A stretch of DNA of 58,367 bases from positions 1 through 58,367 of the forward strand of contig DAOTZS010000208.1 in assembly GCA_034434335.1 (NCBI GenBank), in the 5' to 3' direction. Origin of the DNA: Anaerolineae bacterium. Lineage in GTDB: Bacteria; Chloroflexota; Anaerolineae; CG2-30-64-16. The notes beneath the pieces were generated by a model. It searched no databases. It saw only the letters and a program-made list of their open reading frames with translations, and was not told the origin of the DNA. The position numbers and the translations under genes are program-made. This document shows positions 1 through 9,447 of this stretch, one piece after another (position 1 is the stretch's first letter; every line of letters starts with the position of its first letter).

Positions 1-1
1 T

Positions 2-760
2 CGCGGTCTTATCGCCCTGGGGCTCGCAGTCTGCCTTTCCTTGTTTGGAGACCTGACCCTCTATGCTGTATTGGTCACCCAGTTGGAGACAACCGGATTG
101 GCGCTGGGGGCAGTCGGTATTATGCTGGGCATAAACCGCCTGATCCGCATCCCCGGCAATCTTCTGGGAGGGTTACTGCTCGACCGTTACGGCCGTCGGC
201 GGCTCTTCATCCTTCTCATCCAGTTTGCCGGTGAAGGGATAACCCTTTCTACCGTGACCTTGCTGTTGCAGCAGCGATTTGGCCACAGCGTGATCTTATT
301 GGGGTTGACGTTGGGGGTGGCCTCGGCGGGGGGTTTATTGCTCGGCGTGCGCTCCCTCCTGGCGGGAGCTGTGGGACCGCTCATCGGCCACGTCTCCGAC
401 GTGGCCGCAAAACGTTGGCCGCTGATCGTGGCCGGCCTTGGCCTGGCTGTTTTGGGCTTTGGGTTATTGGCCTGGGCCATTTCTCTCTGGCAGATCGTCC
501 TGGGTATAGTTTTGGGGGCAGCGGGAGCTGGTACAATCCTGGCGCTTCTGTCGGCTTTGATTGGCGACCTGGTGCCACCAGAGCGACACGGGCTGGTTAT
601 GGGGGGCTATGCTACAGCCGGAGACATTGGCTCCACCGCTGGTCCCTTCCTGGCGTTTGCTCTGTTGAGCCTGGTGGAACTGAGATGGGTTTATCTGCTT
701 TGTGCCATGTTGCTTCTGCTTGGCCTGGGATTGGCCTGGCGCGCTCAAGAAGCTTTATAG
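2..760 (+). CDS. MFS-type transporter, 5' end outside the window
   Basis: The frame is open from base 2, and the listed M at 41 is a TTG codon. Polytopic hydrophobic protein with MFS loop motifs 'GGLLLDRYGRRRL' and 'GHVSDVAAKRW'. Stop TAG at 758-760 directly abuts MITE copy 1. Confidence 0.7.
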   Translation, partial: RGLIALGLAVCLSLFGDLTLYAVLVTQLETTGLALGAVGIMLGINRLIRIPGNLLGGLLLDRYGRRRLFILLIQFAGEGITLSTVTLLLQQRFGHSVILLGLTLGVASAGGLLLGVRSLLAGAVGPLIGHVSDVAAKRWPLIVAGLGLAVLGFGLLAWAISLWQIVLGIVLGAAGAGTILALLSALIGDLVPPERHGLVMGGYATAGDIGSTAGPFLAFALLSLVELRWVYLLCAMLLLLGLGLAWRAQEAL

Positions 761-981
761 GTTAACTATTCAGGAGGTGACTGGAAGTGCCACGCCGAGG
801 GCTCGCCCGAGGCGTCACCCTTTTGGGGCCTGCGGCCAGTGGTCGGCCTTCGCTGACCTTTCTGGTGATGCACACATGAAGGATGGCGGCGGAGGCCGAC
901 ACCCCTCGGGCCGAGCCCTTCGGGGCTGGGCCTGGCACGAAGTGCCCAGGGAGGGCGATTTCAATCGGCCTGAATGGTTAC
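761..981 (-). mobile_element. MITE-like element, long (~221 bp) variant, copy 1 (inverted relative to copies 2-4)
   Basis: Ends GTTAACTATTCAGG ... CCTGAATGGTTAC form the terminal inverted repeat. The reverse complement aligns end to end with copy 4 (40155-40375). Flanks CTTTATAG / TTTGATAG look like a degenerate 8-bp target duplication. Confidence 0.8.
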
Positions 982-1038
982 TTTGATAGTAGAAGGGAGT
1001 CCAGAATCGTGGTATATCCGTGGGATGTTCTATCTGAC

Positions 1039-2493
1039 ATGAACCTGCGAGCCTTATTGCAAGAGGAGCAAGATGAGGATGAGCGTGCGCTGGCAGCACG
1101 CTATGCACCGATTATCCGTTTCGATGCGCGTGAGCCGTTTCTGCCTCTGGCTGTAGGGTACACTATCTTCCGTGCCGATGGCGACTCGCCCTCGTTTCCG
1201 CGGCGCATTGAGCTGCAGCCAACAGGCCGGCCGCCTGCTGTGCTGGCCATCGAATACGCGATCTGGTGGGACTGGGATATTGGGCATCTCTATGAACTAG
1301 AGCATGCCTGGGTATTTGTGGATGCGGAGGGCCGGGTTTGCCGTGGAGAGGCAAGCTGGCACGGCCGGTTGCACGACATGGCATTGGGCGGTCAGTTGCC
1401 CCTGGCTGGTGACCACCTGGTCCTCTTCTCCGAACCGGGCAAGCATGCTTTTGCGCCTGACCCAACCTGGTTTCGTGAACGACAGAGTGTCAGTGAGCTG
1501 CGTGGCAGGACCACACGACGGGCCGGCTCAGGAGGGGTGTGGGTCACGCCGCTGTTTGAGCGTGAGCTTTGCCCCATGCGCACACCGTTCGCGAATACGC
1601 TCGTGCGCACCTATTTGCAACGCTGTGCTTTTGAACCAACATGGGACTTCACTCAGCAGGTGGCTATCCGGGCTGACATGTTGGTGCCCTGGCCGGCGCT
1701 GCGCCAGTTTATCCCCAACCGGGTGGCATGGTGGATAGAGAAACTGGCTGGAGAGCTACGGCCGGAAGAACTGCGCTTTCTGCGCATTGCCCACCGTGGA
1801 GCCTCTGCCCACACGGCCGAGAACACGCTGGCCGCCTTCCGCAGGGCTGCCGAGCTGGGTGCTGATATGGTGGAGCTTGACGTTCAGCTTTCGGCGGACG
1901 GTGTGCCAGTTGTGATGCACGACTTGGTCGTGGATCATTTGACAGAGGGCCGGGGGGCGGTAGCAGACTTGACCTTGGGCCAACTCAAAGCTCTGACAGT
2001 ACGAGGGCCGGATGGTAGCCGTGAGCCGATTCCAACTTTCGAGGAGGCAATCACCTGCTGCCTGGAGGAAGGCCTTGGCCTCTACGTCGAGCTGAAAGCG
2101 GGTGGCGCGGTTGCGCCTGTAGTGAAGATGATCCAGAGATTTGACATAAGGCACCGAGTCATTATCGGCTCGTTCCGGCCCGATTGGGTAGCCTGGGTGA
2201 AGGTGTTGGATGGTGGTGTTTCCACTTCTGTGCTCTTTGCAGCGCCCAACGTTGACCCGGTCAGGCTGGCTCAGGCAGTCAGTGCCGATTACGTGCATCC
2301 GTGTTGGGAGTCGCTAGCTCCGCAACCACATTCATTGCTCAGCCAAGAGTGGGTAAAACGGGTGAGAGAGGCTGGTCTAGGCATTGTGCTCTGGCACGAG
2401 GAGCGGCCCGAGGAGATCGCAGCCTTGCGCCGGTTGGGGGTAGACGGTATCTGCAGCAACGCACCGGAGCTGCTCTCGGTGACCGGTTTGTGA
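1039..2493 (+). CDS. Two-domain protein: N-terminal domain of unknown function (possibly Vps62/DUF946-like) fused to a glycerophosphodiester phosphodiesterase (GDPD) domain
   Basis: The C-terminal half has GDPD signatures '[18 protein letters not shown]', '[17 protein letters not shown]' and 'YVELK'. The ATG at 1039 is chosen because the track ORF start (883) lies inside the MITE. Confidence 0.8.
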   Translation: MNLRALLQEEQDEDERALAARYAPIIRFDAREPFLPLAVGYTIFRADGDSPSFPRRIELQPTGRPPAVLAIEYAIWWDWDIGHLYELEHAWVFVDAEGRVCRGEASWHGRLHDMALGGQLPLAGDHLVLFSEPGKHAFAPDPTWFRERQSVSELRGRTTRRAGSGGVWVTPLFERELCPMRTPFANTLVRTYLQRCAFEPTWDFTQQVAIRADMLVPWPALRQFIPNRVAWWIEKLAGELRPEELRFLRIAHRGASAHTAENTLAAFRRAAELGADMVELDVQLSADGVPVVMHDLVVDHLTEGRGAVADLTLGQLKALTVRGPDGSREPIPTFEEAITCCLEEGLGLYVELKAGGAVAPVVKMIQRFDIRHRVIIGSFRPDWVAWVKVLDGGVSTSVLFAAPNVDPVRLAQAVSADYVHPCWESLAPQPHSLLSQEWVKRVREAGLGIVLWHEERPEEIAALRRLGVDGICSNAPELLSVTGL

Positions 2494-2498
2494 GGAGG

Positions 2499-3107
2499 TT
2501 ATTGGCCGGCCGCCCAGGCAGCCACAGCAGCTACTTCAGCAGGAGTAGGGTTAATCTTGGTAGGAAGGGGGTTATCGCCTAACACTGCCAGCACCGCTGC
2601 TTCGGCATAGCGCTCCGAGGGGGTGTCGGGCCAGGGTGCTGACTGAGCGCGCCAGGGGGTATCGGGTGGCATGCCCATCAGTGCCAGAAAAGTGGGGCGG
2701 AACTGCTGATGCTCCGTACACTGGAACTCAATGTGGTGAGCTATCTCATGGACCAGCGCAACCTGTAGGCGGCTACGCGTGCCGGGGACCTTCACCGTAA
2801 TAGTGGCGGTCTGGGGATCATAGCTGGCTCGCCCTGCTAACTCTCGGCTCGCCCGCAGACGTACATCCCCAAAGCATGCAGTGCGCCCTCTGAAGACCGA
2901 GAGGGTCTGCGTCCACGTCTCCTCAGCTAGAGCGGCAAAATCGGCAGCCACAGATTCTTCGATGATCAGTTGTGGAGAAGAGACCACCGCTGGGCTATAA
3001 TCTCCTGAGACAGCAGCCAGCAGGACTATAGCCATTGCCAGGCGCAGCCCAGAAGCTCGCCAGGGCTTTTCCTCTGTCCGAGCTCTGGCCAAGAGCCGAC
3101 AGCGCAT
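2499..3107 (-). CDS. Small putative secreted/lipoprotein zinc-metallopeptidase-like protein (HExxH)
   Basis: Hydrophobic N-terminus 'LAMAIVLLAAV' and motif 'LVHEIAHHIEF'. The ATG at 3107 lies 4 nt after the upstream ABC ATPase stop, so it is probably co-transcribed. No family recognised. Confidence 0.5.
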   Translation of the reverse strand: MRCRLLARARTEEKPWRASGLRLAMAIVLLAAVSGDYSPAVVSSPQLIIEESVAADFAALAEETWTQTLSVFRGRTACFGDVRLRASRELAGRASYDPQTATITVKVPGTRSRLQVALVHEIAHHIEFQCTEHQQFRPTFLALMGMPPDTPWRAQSAPWPDTPSERYAEAAVLAVLGDNPLPTKINPTPAEVAAVAAWAAGQ

Positions 3108-3111
3108 AGAC

Positions 3112-3900
3112 CTACTGCTCCTCCCCGGTCTGCTCCAGTTCACGCTGCAATTGAGCCAGGTCCTCACCACCTGCCATGAGGTTCATCAGAGCGTCCTTTT
3201 CCACCTCTCCCTTGCGGAAGTCCCCCAGGACGCGGCCACGGCGCAAGATGATGAAGCGGTCGCCCACCGGGTAGGCATGGTTGGGGTTGTGGGTAATGAA
3301 GATCACGCCGAGACCTCTGCGCTTGGCCTGCACAATATAATGGAGGACAATGCCGGCCTGTTTAACGCCCAGCGCGGCCGTGGGCTCGTCGAGGATCAGA
3401 ACCTTGGCTCCAAAATAGATTGCTCGACAAATGGCGATGGATTGCCGCTCCCCTCCCGACATCGTCCCCACGGGCTGATCAGGATCACGGATGATGATGC
3501 CCATTTTGGCCAATTCCGTCCGAACCGTACGCTTGGCCAAGTCAATGTCGTAGCGGCGGAAAGGCCCCCACCCTTTTTCTGGCTCGGAGCCCAGGAAGAA
3601 GTTCCGCCAGATGGGCATGAGAGGGATGAGGGAGAGATCCTGATACACTGTGGCGATGCCGTGGTCGAGGGCTTCGCGTGGAGAGTTAAAAACTACCCGT
3701 CGCCCCTCAAAGTAGTACTCCCCTTCGGTAGGTTGGTACACACCAGAGAGGATCTTGATCAGGGTAGACTTCCCGGCGCCGTTGTCGCCCAGGAGGCAGG
3801 TGACCTCGCCCGGGTAAATCTTAGCCGACACATCGCTCAGCGCGATCACGCTGCCAAACAGCTTCGTAATGTGGCGCACCTCCAAGATCGGTTCAGGCAT
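3112..3900 (-). CDS. Sugar ABC transporter ATP-binding protein, single-domain CUT2 type (FrcA-like)
   Basis: Walker A 'GDNGAGKST', signature 'MSGGERQ', Walker B 'ILILDEPT'. Confidence 0.9.
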   Translation of the reverse strand: MPEPILEVRHITKLFGSVIALSDVSAKIYPGEVTCLLGDNGAGKSTLIKILSGVYQPTEGEYYFEGRRVVFNSPREALDHGIATVYQDLSLIPLMPIWRNFFLGSEPEKGWGPFRRYDIDLAKRTVRTELAKMGIIIRDPDQPVGTMSGGERQSIAICRAIYFGAKVLILDEPTAALGVKQAGIVLHYIVQAKRRGLGVIFITHNPNHAYPVGDRFIILRRGRVLGDFRKGEVEKDALMNLMAGGEDLAQLQRELEQTGEEQ

Positions 3901-3904
3901 ACCC

Positions 3905-4987
3905 CTATTCTCCTTCCGTTCTCATCTTGGCTGCAGCCACGCTGATCTGCTCGGCGCGCCTGCGCGTGTAGTTGTTGACCAGTACAGCAACCAGCAATGT
4001 GACTCCCAGGAAGCTGTAGAACCAATCGGTGTCCCAGCCAGCAAAGACAATGCCCACCTGGGCCATGCCGAAGATCGCCGCGCCAATAGCCGCACCAACA
4101 ACTGAGCCATATCCGCCTGTCAGCAGGCATCCTCCAATCGTCGCGGCGATAATGTAAACAAACTCCTGTCCAATCCCCTGGCTGGCAACGGCCGAACGGA
4201 GACGAACCACATTCATCATGCCTACCAGCCACGCTGCTCCGGCTGTGGTCATAAAGAGGGCGATTTTGACGTGTGCCACCGGTACGCCTGCGTTGCGTGC
4301 GGCCTGAGCATCACCTCCGGTGGCGAAGATCCAGCTACCGTATCGTGTGCGCAGTAAAACCCAGGAAGCCAGACATGTCAGAACAACCCACCAGAGGATC
4401 GAGGTGCGAAACTCGATGCCGAAGAGGGTAACGCCGGTGTTGAAAAACAGGCGTGCTGGCATGAAGCCCACCGCCCGGTCTATCCCTCCTACATAGACCT
4501 GATCGGTCACCAGGCGGGTGACCCCGACGTTGGCCCCTCTCAGCACAAAGAAGGTTGCCAGGGTAACGATGAAGCTGGGCAGGCCGGTCTTGATCACCAT
4601 CATCCCGTTGAGATAGCCTACGCCCAGCGCGAAAATGAGGGCAACGAACATCGAGGGCCACAGGTGCCAACCAAGGCGAGTGGAAAGCAGGCCAGCGACC
4701 AGCCCGGTCGTGCCTGTCATGACACCGGTCGAGAGGTCGAACTCACCGCCGATCATCAGCAGTGCCACTGCAATAGCCATAATCCCCAGAGTAGAAGCAG
4801 GATCCAGGATGCGAGCTATTCCTTGGACTGAGATCCAGTTTGTGGGAGTGATGGCGGCAAAGAAAAGCCACACAACGCCAGCGCCAATGATGGCTCCCAC
4901 TTCTGGGCGCCGCAGCCAACCTCGCACCAATCCCACCTCCGCCGTATGTACATCAGCGGGTGTAGCACCAATGGCCTTTGTTGTCAT
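3905..4987 (-). CDS. Sugar ABC transporter permease (CUT2, RbsC/FrcC-like)
   Basis: Polytopic membrane protein typical of ribose/fructose-type permeases. 4-nt gap to the ATPase gene. Confidence 0.9.
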   Translation of the reverse strand: MTTKAIGATPADVHTAEVGLVRGWLRRPEVGAIIGAGVVWLFFAAITPTNWISVQGIARILDPASTLGIMAIAVALLMIGGEFDLSTGVMTGTTGLVAGLLSTRLGWHLWPSMFVALIFALGVGYLNGMMVIKTGLPSFIVTLATFFVLRGANVGVTRLVTDQVYVGGIDRAVGFMPARLFFNTGVTLFGIEFRTSILWWVVLTCLASWVLLRTRYGSWIFATGGDAQAARNAGVPVAHVKIALFMTTAGAAWLVGMMNVVRLRSAVASQGIGQEFVYIIAATIGGCLLTGGYGSVVGAAIGAAIFGMAQVGIVFAGWDTDWFYSFLGVTLLVAVLVNNYTRRRAEQISVAAAKMRTEGE

Positions 4988-5127
4988 GGAACAACCTCTT
5001 TTGCGCCTCTTGGAGAGTTGACTTCACCCCGGGCCGTAAAACTTATCTGCTCCTGAGGGCGAACAGTGCGGGACAGATACGCCCGTCCCGCACTGTTCGC
5101 CTCAAACCTCCCTTCACGTCATGTAGA

Positions 5128-6144
5128 TTAACGTGTTCCCCTGGCCGCCAGGTCCTTGACCTGAGCTGCATTGCTCTTATCTACGAACCCAGGGCCTGTG
5201 AGCACTGGCAAGCCACCGCCTACTGTGTTGAGGTTGGTGTTGTAGAGGTAGAGGAACACGACCGGCAGGTACCCCTGCAGGTATTGCTGCTGATCCACGG
5301 CAAACATCATCTCGCCGGCCTCGATCGCGGCCAGCACATCGGGGCTCAGATCGAAGGTAGCCAGCTTCTGGTTGCCGCCCACCGCCTTGATGGCGTCGCG
5401 CGCCGCGATACCGATGACGGGATTTAGGGTCAGGATGGCATCAATCTCCTTATCAGAGATCAGCTTGTTCTGAATGGCTGCTACCGTGCCCGCCACATCC
5501 CGCACACCGGTCGTTGCGACGTTAAAGCGCTCCACTTTGCCCTTGAAGGTATCGGTGAGGCCGTCGCAACGCTCCTCCAAGCCGATGTTGGCCTCTTCAT
5601 GGATCACGCAGAGCACCTTAGTGGCCCCTGCAGCGTTGAACTTCTCGCCGGTACCCTGGCCGGCAACCCGCTCAGTCTGGCCCACATGGGTAAGGGCCCC
5701 CAGTTCTTTGTAGACATCCACCCCCGAATTGATGGTGATAACCGGGATGCCCGCGTTAACCGCCTTCTTCACGGCATCCTTGAGCGCGTCGGGGTTGGCC
5801 AGTGAGACGATGATGCCGTCTACCTTGTCGGCGACGAAGTTCTCAACGAGCTGGGCCTGCTCGGTTGGATCACTGCTGCCACCCGATTTGAGCTGCACGC
5901 CCAGGGTGCTGGCCGCGTCCTTTGCTCCCTTTTCCACCACGCCCCAGAAGAGGTCTTCAGCCGGGTTCGCATGGACAGACATGCCAAAGACCAGCTCGGC
6001 CTGTACGACCTGGGGCTGTTCCGGTGCAGCAGCAGTCGGCGCCTTCTCTTCAGGCGGAGCAGCGGGAGCGGGCGCCGTCGCCGGCACGCAGGCAGCCAAA
6101 ACGAGCATCGCAACGAACAGGAGAACTGCGACTTTCTTGAACAT
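5128..6144 (-). CDS. Sugar ABC transporter periplasmic-binding lipoprotein (RbsB/FrcB-like)
   Basis: Start ATG at 6144 is preceded by GGAGGG. Signal/lipobox 'MFKKVAVLLFVAMLVLAAC'. A Pro/Ala-rich tether precedes a PBP type I fold sequence. Confidence 0.9.
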   Translation of the reverse strand: MFKKVAVLLFVAMLVLAACVPATAPAPAAPPEEKAPTAAAPEQPQVVQAELVFGMSVHANPAEDLFWGVVEKGAKDAASTLGVQLKSGGSSDPTEQAQLVENFVADKVDGIIVSLANPDALKDAVKKAVNAGIPVITINSGVDVYKELGALTHVGQTERVAGQGTGEKFNAAGATKVLCVIHEEANIGLEERCDGLTDTFKGKVERFNVATTGVRDVAGTVAAIQNKLISDKEIDAILTLNPVIGIAARDAIKAVGGNQKLATFDLSPDVLAAIEAGEMMFAVDQQQYLQGYLPVVFLYLYNTNLNTVGGGLPVLTGPGFVDKSNAAQVKDLAARGTR

Positions 6145-6340
6145 GGTTTTTCCCTCCTTTGGCTTGGTATGTTCTGAGAACAGAGAAAAGATAGGACCCA
6201 GATTCACCCCGGGCAATGTGGATGTGCGAAGACATCACCCCCTTTCTTGAGAGATCAGACCGAGAGATTTCCCTCCGCACATTTAGGGAAGGGGAGTTGG
6301 TACAAGGCTTTCTGAAAAGCCTATCTGGTAGAGTATGGCG

Positions 6341-6383
6341 TGCACACGTGTGCGCATTATACAGCCATCGAGATAGTTGTCAA
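6341..6383 (-). promoter_or_regulatory. Near-consensus promoter with overlapping palindromic operator for the CUT2 ABC operon
   Basis: The minus strand reads TTGACA (6378-6383), a 16-nt spacer, TATAAT (6356-6361), then GCGCACACGTGTGCA. The palindrome TGCACACGTGTGCG lies at 6341-6354. Confidence 0.75.
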
Positions 6384-6475
6384 AACGCGCTCGCCACATA
6401 TGTTAGGGTGTATCGCCCCATCCCCTATTGGCATCAAGTTAGCGGCCACAGCTCCCCTCCCCTGCCGCGCCCGTA

Positions 6476-6869
6476 CCGGGTAGCCGAAGGCATTGCCTTC
6501 GGCTACCCGGTGCGATTTCCAATCGCCCGTCCCATAAATTGATGCCTATTGGGGCAGGGACAAGCCCTGCCCTACCGATGGTCGTCCCCTGGGGGCAGGG
6601 ACTTGTAGGGGCGACCCTTGTGGTCGCCCTATACGCTCCTTCCCTGCCTTGGAGGGTCTTAAAAAGTCAACCACGAAGGCCCAAAGACACCAAAGACACC
6701 AAGGAACAAAGGAAATTCTTGGCCTTTCCTAATTCTTGAGAGTACTTGGTGCCTTTGTGTCTTGGTGGTTTATTGCTTGCCTCGACTTTTTAGGCAGTCT
6801 CCTTTACGGGGAAGGGGGATCAAGATTAAGGGATATTCTGGGCGGCGAAGTCGCTCAGAATACCCCCTT
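6476..6869. repeat. Block of nested perfect stem-loops / short palindromic repeats
   Basis: A 16-bp perfect stem at 6476-6510 (CCGGGTAGCCGAAGGC att GCCTTCGGCTACCCGG). GGGCAGGG/CCCTGCCC at 6552-6572. A nested pair at 6593-6648 (GGGCGACC/GGTCGCCC inside GGCAGGGA/TCCCTGCC). A long imperfect hairpin at about 6670-6770. TATTCTG/CAGAATA at 6834-6862, inside AAGGGGG/CCCCCTT at 6812-6869. Confidence 0.8.
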
Positions 6870-6920
6870 CAAAGGATTCCCCCGCCCCCGAGACCCCCCA
6901 GCGCGCATATGCTGGCCAAT

Positions 6921-6962
6921 TTGACGCTGATCATTGCCTGTGTTATCATGCACACGTGTGCA
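6921..6962 (+). promoter_or_regulatory. Promoter with overlapping palindromic operator for lacI and the downstream iol-like genes
   Basis: TTGACG (6921-6926), a 17-nt spacer, TATCAT (6944-6949). The perfect 14-bp palindrome TGCACACGTGTGCA (6949-6962) overlaps the -10/+1 region. Confidence 0.75.
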
Positions 6963-7087
6963 AACGAGCCCTATGTCCACGGGGCCTATGGTGAAAAAGC
7001 CTCATTCCTGGTTTCCTCTCTCGCCGGGAGGTGGCCTTGCCGGCCAAGGGCGGATCGGGCCTGTTTGGTGCTTGTAGAGGGCAGGTC

Positions 7088-8104
7088 GTGAAAGTCTCGA
7101 TCAAGGACATCGCAAGAGCGGCTGGTGTCTCTCACTCCACAGTTTCGCGTGCCTTGAGCGATAGCCCCCTCATCAAGGAAGAGACCAAGGCTCGTATTCG
7201 ACGCCTGGCACGAGAGATGGGCTATTCACCCGATGCTGGTGCCAGGGGGCTGGTTGTCGGCCGCACGCAGACGATCGGAGTGGTTGTTACCACGATTGCT
7301 GATCCGTTTGTGGCCGAGGTCGTGCAGGGCATTGAGAGTACCGCCTATGAGCACGCTTACACCCTTATCCTGGCCACCTCCAATGACGAGCCGGATCGCG
7401 AGATTGCTGCGGTAGAAACACTGCGGTCCAAACGGGTAGACGCGGTGATTGTGACCTCATCTCGGGTGGGCGCACTATACAGCGATCTATTGGAGCGCAC
7501 CGGGGTGCCCGTAGTGCTGTTGAACAACCACGCGGAGCGTGGCACTTACAGCTATTCTGTAAGGGTGGACGATGTGCACGGCGCGCGCACGGCTACGGAG
7601 CATCTCCTGGCCTTAGGACACAGGCGCATCGCCCATGTCATGGGCCCAGCCGGTCACACCCCTTCTGACGACCGCCTACACGGCTATCTGCAGGCGCTGA
7701 GGGAAGCGGGTATAGATCCTGATCCAGCGTTGGTAGTCCCGGGCAATGGCCGGCCGAATGGAGGTGAAAGGGCTCTGCACCAGCTATGGTCCTTGGCACA
7801 GAGGCCCAGCGCAGTCTTCTGCTACAACGACATGACGGCCATTGGCCTGTTGCGCGCAGCCAGGGAAATGGGTGTGGCTGTCCCTGGCGACCTGGCTGTA
7901 GTCGGATTCGATGACATTCCCTTTGCATCCTATACATCTCCCTCGCTCACGACCATTGCCCAGCCCAAATTTGAGCTTGGCCAACGAGCAGCGCGCATGG
8001 CGCTGGCGTTGATCAGCCGACACGGCACAGACGGCGAGGAGGTAACCAACGTTGTGTTGCCAGGGCAGCTTGTAATACGCGAGTCATCGGGGGTGAGCCG
8101 GTAG
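7088..8104 (+). CDS. LacI-family transcriptional regulator
   Basis: HTH 'IKDIARAAGVSHSTVSRAL' followed by a periplasmic-binding-like sugar sensor domain. GTG at 7088 is preceded by GAGGG. Confidence 0.9.
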   Translation: MKVSIKDIARAAGVSHSTVSRALSDSPLIKEETKARIRRLAREMGYSPDAGARGLVVGRTQTIGVVVTTIADPFVAEVVQGIESTAYEHAYTLILATSNDEPDREIAAVETLRSKRVDAVIVTSSRVGALYSDLLERTGVPVVLLNNHAERGTYSYSVRVDDVHGARTATEHLLALGHRRIAHVMGPAGHTPSDDRLHGYLQALREAGIDPDPALVVPGNGRPNGGERALHQLWSLAQRPSAVFCYNDMTAIGLLRAAREMGVAVPGDLAVVGFDDIPFASYTSPSLTTIAQPKFELGQRAARMALALISRHGTDGEEVTNVVLPGQLVIRESSGVSR

Positions 8105-8176
8105 GGAGCGCGATTCTCGTGCTGGCTACCGACTTTGGCTACCCCTATATCTCATACATGCAGAATGGAGGCAAAC

Positions 8177-9334
8177 ATGAAGGCTTTAGTTCTCGATGCT
8201 AAGTGGGACCCTCGGCCCGATTATGTGGTGTCCGAGTGGGAGAAGCGGACCGGGAAGGCGATCACCGGCAGCAGTGTCTGGCGCTATCCGAAGCTGGAGG
8301 TGCGCGAGAAGCCGATGCCGCAGATCACGAAACCGGATCAGGTACTTCTGAAGGTCATGGCCTGCGGCGTGTGCGGCTCTGACATTCACTTCTATGAGAC
8401 CGACAAAGACGGCTATATGTTCTACCCCGGTCTGACCAAGTTTCCTGTCACCACCGGCCATGAGTTCTCTGCGCAAGTGGTGGAGGTGGGCAAGGATGTG
8501 AAGGATTTGAAGCCCGGAGACCCCGTCACGGTCGAAGAGATGATCTGGTGTGGCTACTGCACCCCCTGCCGCAACGGATTCCCCAACCACTGTGCTAACC
8601 TGGAGGAGATTGGCTTCACCATTGACGGCGCCTTCGCCCAGTACATTGTTGTCGGCGCCAAGTATTGCTGGAAGGTGGACGGCATTCTGGAGCGGTTTGG
8701 CGAACAATTAGGATACGACGTGGCGGCAATGTGTGAACCGACCAGCGTTTCTTACAACGCCATGTTCAGCCGGGCAGGAGGCTTCAAGCCGGGAGCCTAT
8801 GTGTGCGTTTTCGGCGCGGGGCCGATTGGCCTGGCGGCCATTGGGCTGGCCGAGGCGGCCGGGGCCGGTAAGATCGTGGCCTTTGAGATCTCGCCTCAGC
8901 GCCGAGAGCTGGCGAAGAAGGTCGGTGCAGATGAGGCCTTTGACCCCCGCCAGGTGAATATCGCCGAGGTACTCTTGGACATCTCCAAGGGCGAAGGCTT
9001 TGACTTCTTCTTTGAGGCAGCCGGCGCGCCCGAGATTGTCCTGCCGGCCTCAGAGAAGGCGCTGGCGATCAATGCCAAGGTGGTGCAAGTTGGCCGGGCC
9101 GCGCAACGGGTGCCGATGTATCTGGAAACCTATCAGGTGCGACGCAGCCAGTTCTATGGCTCCCAGGGCCACTCCGGCGATGCCAACTTCCCAAATGTCA
9201 TTCGCCTGGTGTCTGGCGGCCGGCTAGATCTGTCGCCGATCATCACCGCTCGCTACAACCTGGACCAGGTTGTCACGGCCATCGCCCAGTCGGGTGAGCG
9301 GCGGGACGGCAAGATCATAGTGCATCCTAACTGA
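8177..9334 (+). CDS. Zinc-dependent medium-chain dehydrogenase, IolM-like (candidate scyllo-inosose 3-dehydrogenase)
   Basis: 'CGVCGSDIH' and 'GHEFSAQVVEVG' Zn-ADH motifs, plus a 'GAGPIGL' Rossmann motif. ATG at 8177 follows GGAGG. The assignment comes from gene context. Confidence 0.75.
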   Translation: MKALVLDAKWDPRPDYVVSEWEKRTGKAITGSSVWRYPKLEVREKPMPQITKPDQVLLKVMACGVCGSDIHFYETDKDGYMFYPGLTKFPVTTGHEFSAQVVEVGKDVKDLKPGDPVTVEEMIWCGYCTPCRNGFPNHCANLEEIGFTIDGAFAQYIVVGAKYCWKVDGILERFGEQLGYDVAAMCEPTSVSYNAMFSRAGGFKPGAYVCVFGAGPIGLAAIGLAEAAGAGKIVAFEISPQRRELAKKVGADEAFDPRQVNIAEVLLDISKGEGFDFFFEAAGAPEIVLPASEKALAINAKVVQVGRAAQRVPMYLETYQVRRSQFYGSQGHSGDANFPNVIRLVSGGRLDLSPIITARYNLDQVVTAIAQSGERRDGKIIVHPN

Positions 9335-9354
9335 GTCCTTAGAGGAGCATGAGA

Positions 9355-9397
9355 GGTGGGGTACTGCGGGTAGCCGAGCTAACTGCAGTACCCCACC
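9355..9397 (+). other. Intercistronic perfect 13-bp stem-loop
   Basis: GGTGGGGTACTGC (9355-9367) pairs with GCAGTACCCCACC (9385-9397) across a 17-nt loop. There is no clear U-tract. Confidence 0.5.
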
Positions 9398-9447
9398 TTG
9401 CTGCGTCCTGGACCTCATCATGAACACGGCGCCCAAGGAGGCAGGGC

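Noticed and set aside
2-760. Possible internal deletion or degeneration of the MFS gene (two motif-A-like loops unusually close, short C-terminal part)
   Set aside because: The N-terminus is outside the window and MFS halves are internally repetitive. I cannot distinguish a truncated pseudogene from the C-terminal portion of a normal 12-14 TM protein.
883-1038. N-terminal extensions of track ORFs (for example 883 for the GDPD gene, 41636 for the lipid kinase, 51624 for pfk, 30166 for the sulfatase-like gene, 56972 for the translin-like gene)
   Set aside because: The extensions run through repeats, upstream genes or promoters. Internal starts with good Shine-Dalgarno sequences coincide with the beginning of homology.
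702-1108. ORFs 702..986 and 815..1108 (and analogous ORFs at 14886..15143, 14900..15121, 32240..32443, 40163..40375, 40172..40414)
   Set aside because: They lie across the MITE copies. Their similar peptide sequences come from translating the repeated hairpins in either orientation, not from a gene family.
6216-7091. ORFs 6216..6542, 6539..6739, 6736..6924 and 6762..7091 in the lacI/ABC intergenic region
   Set aside because: They translate palindromic repeats and promoter DNA. They lack RBSs and have low-complexity repeat peptides.
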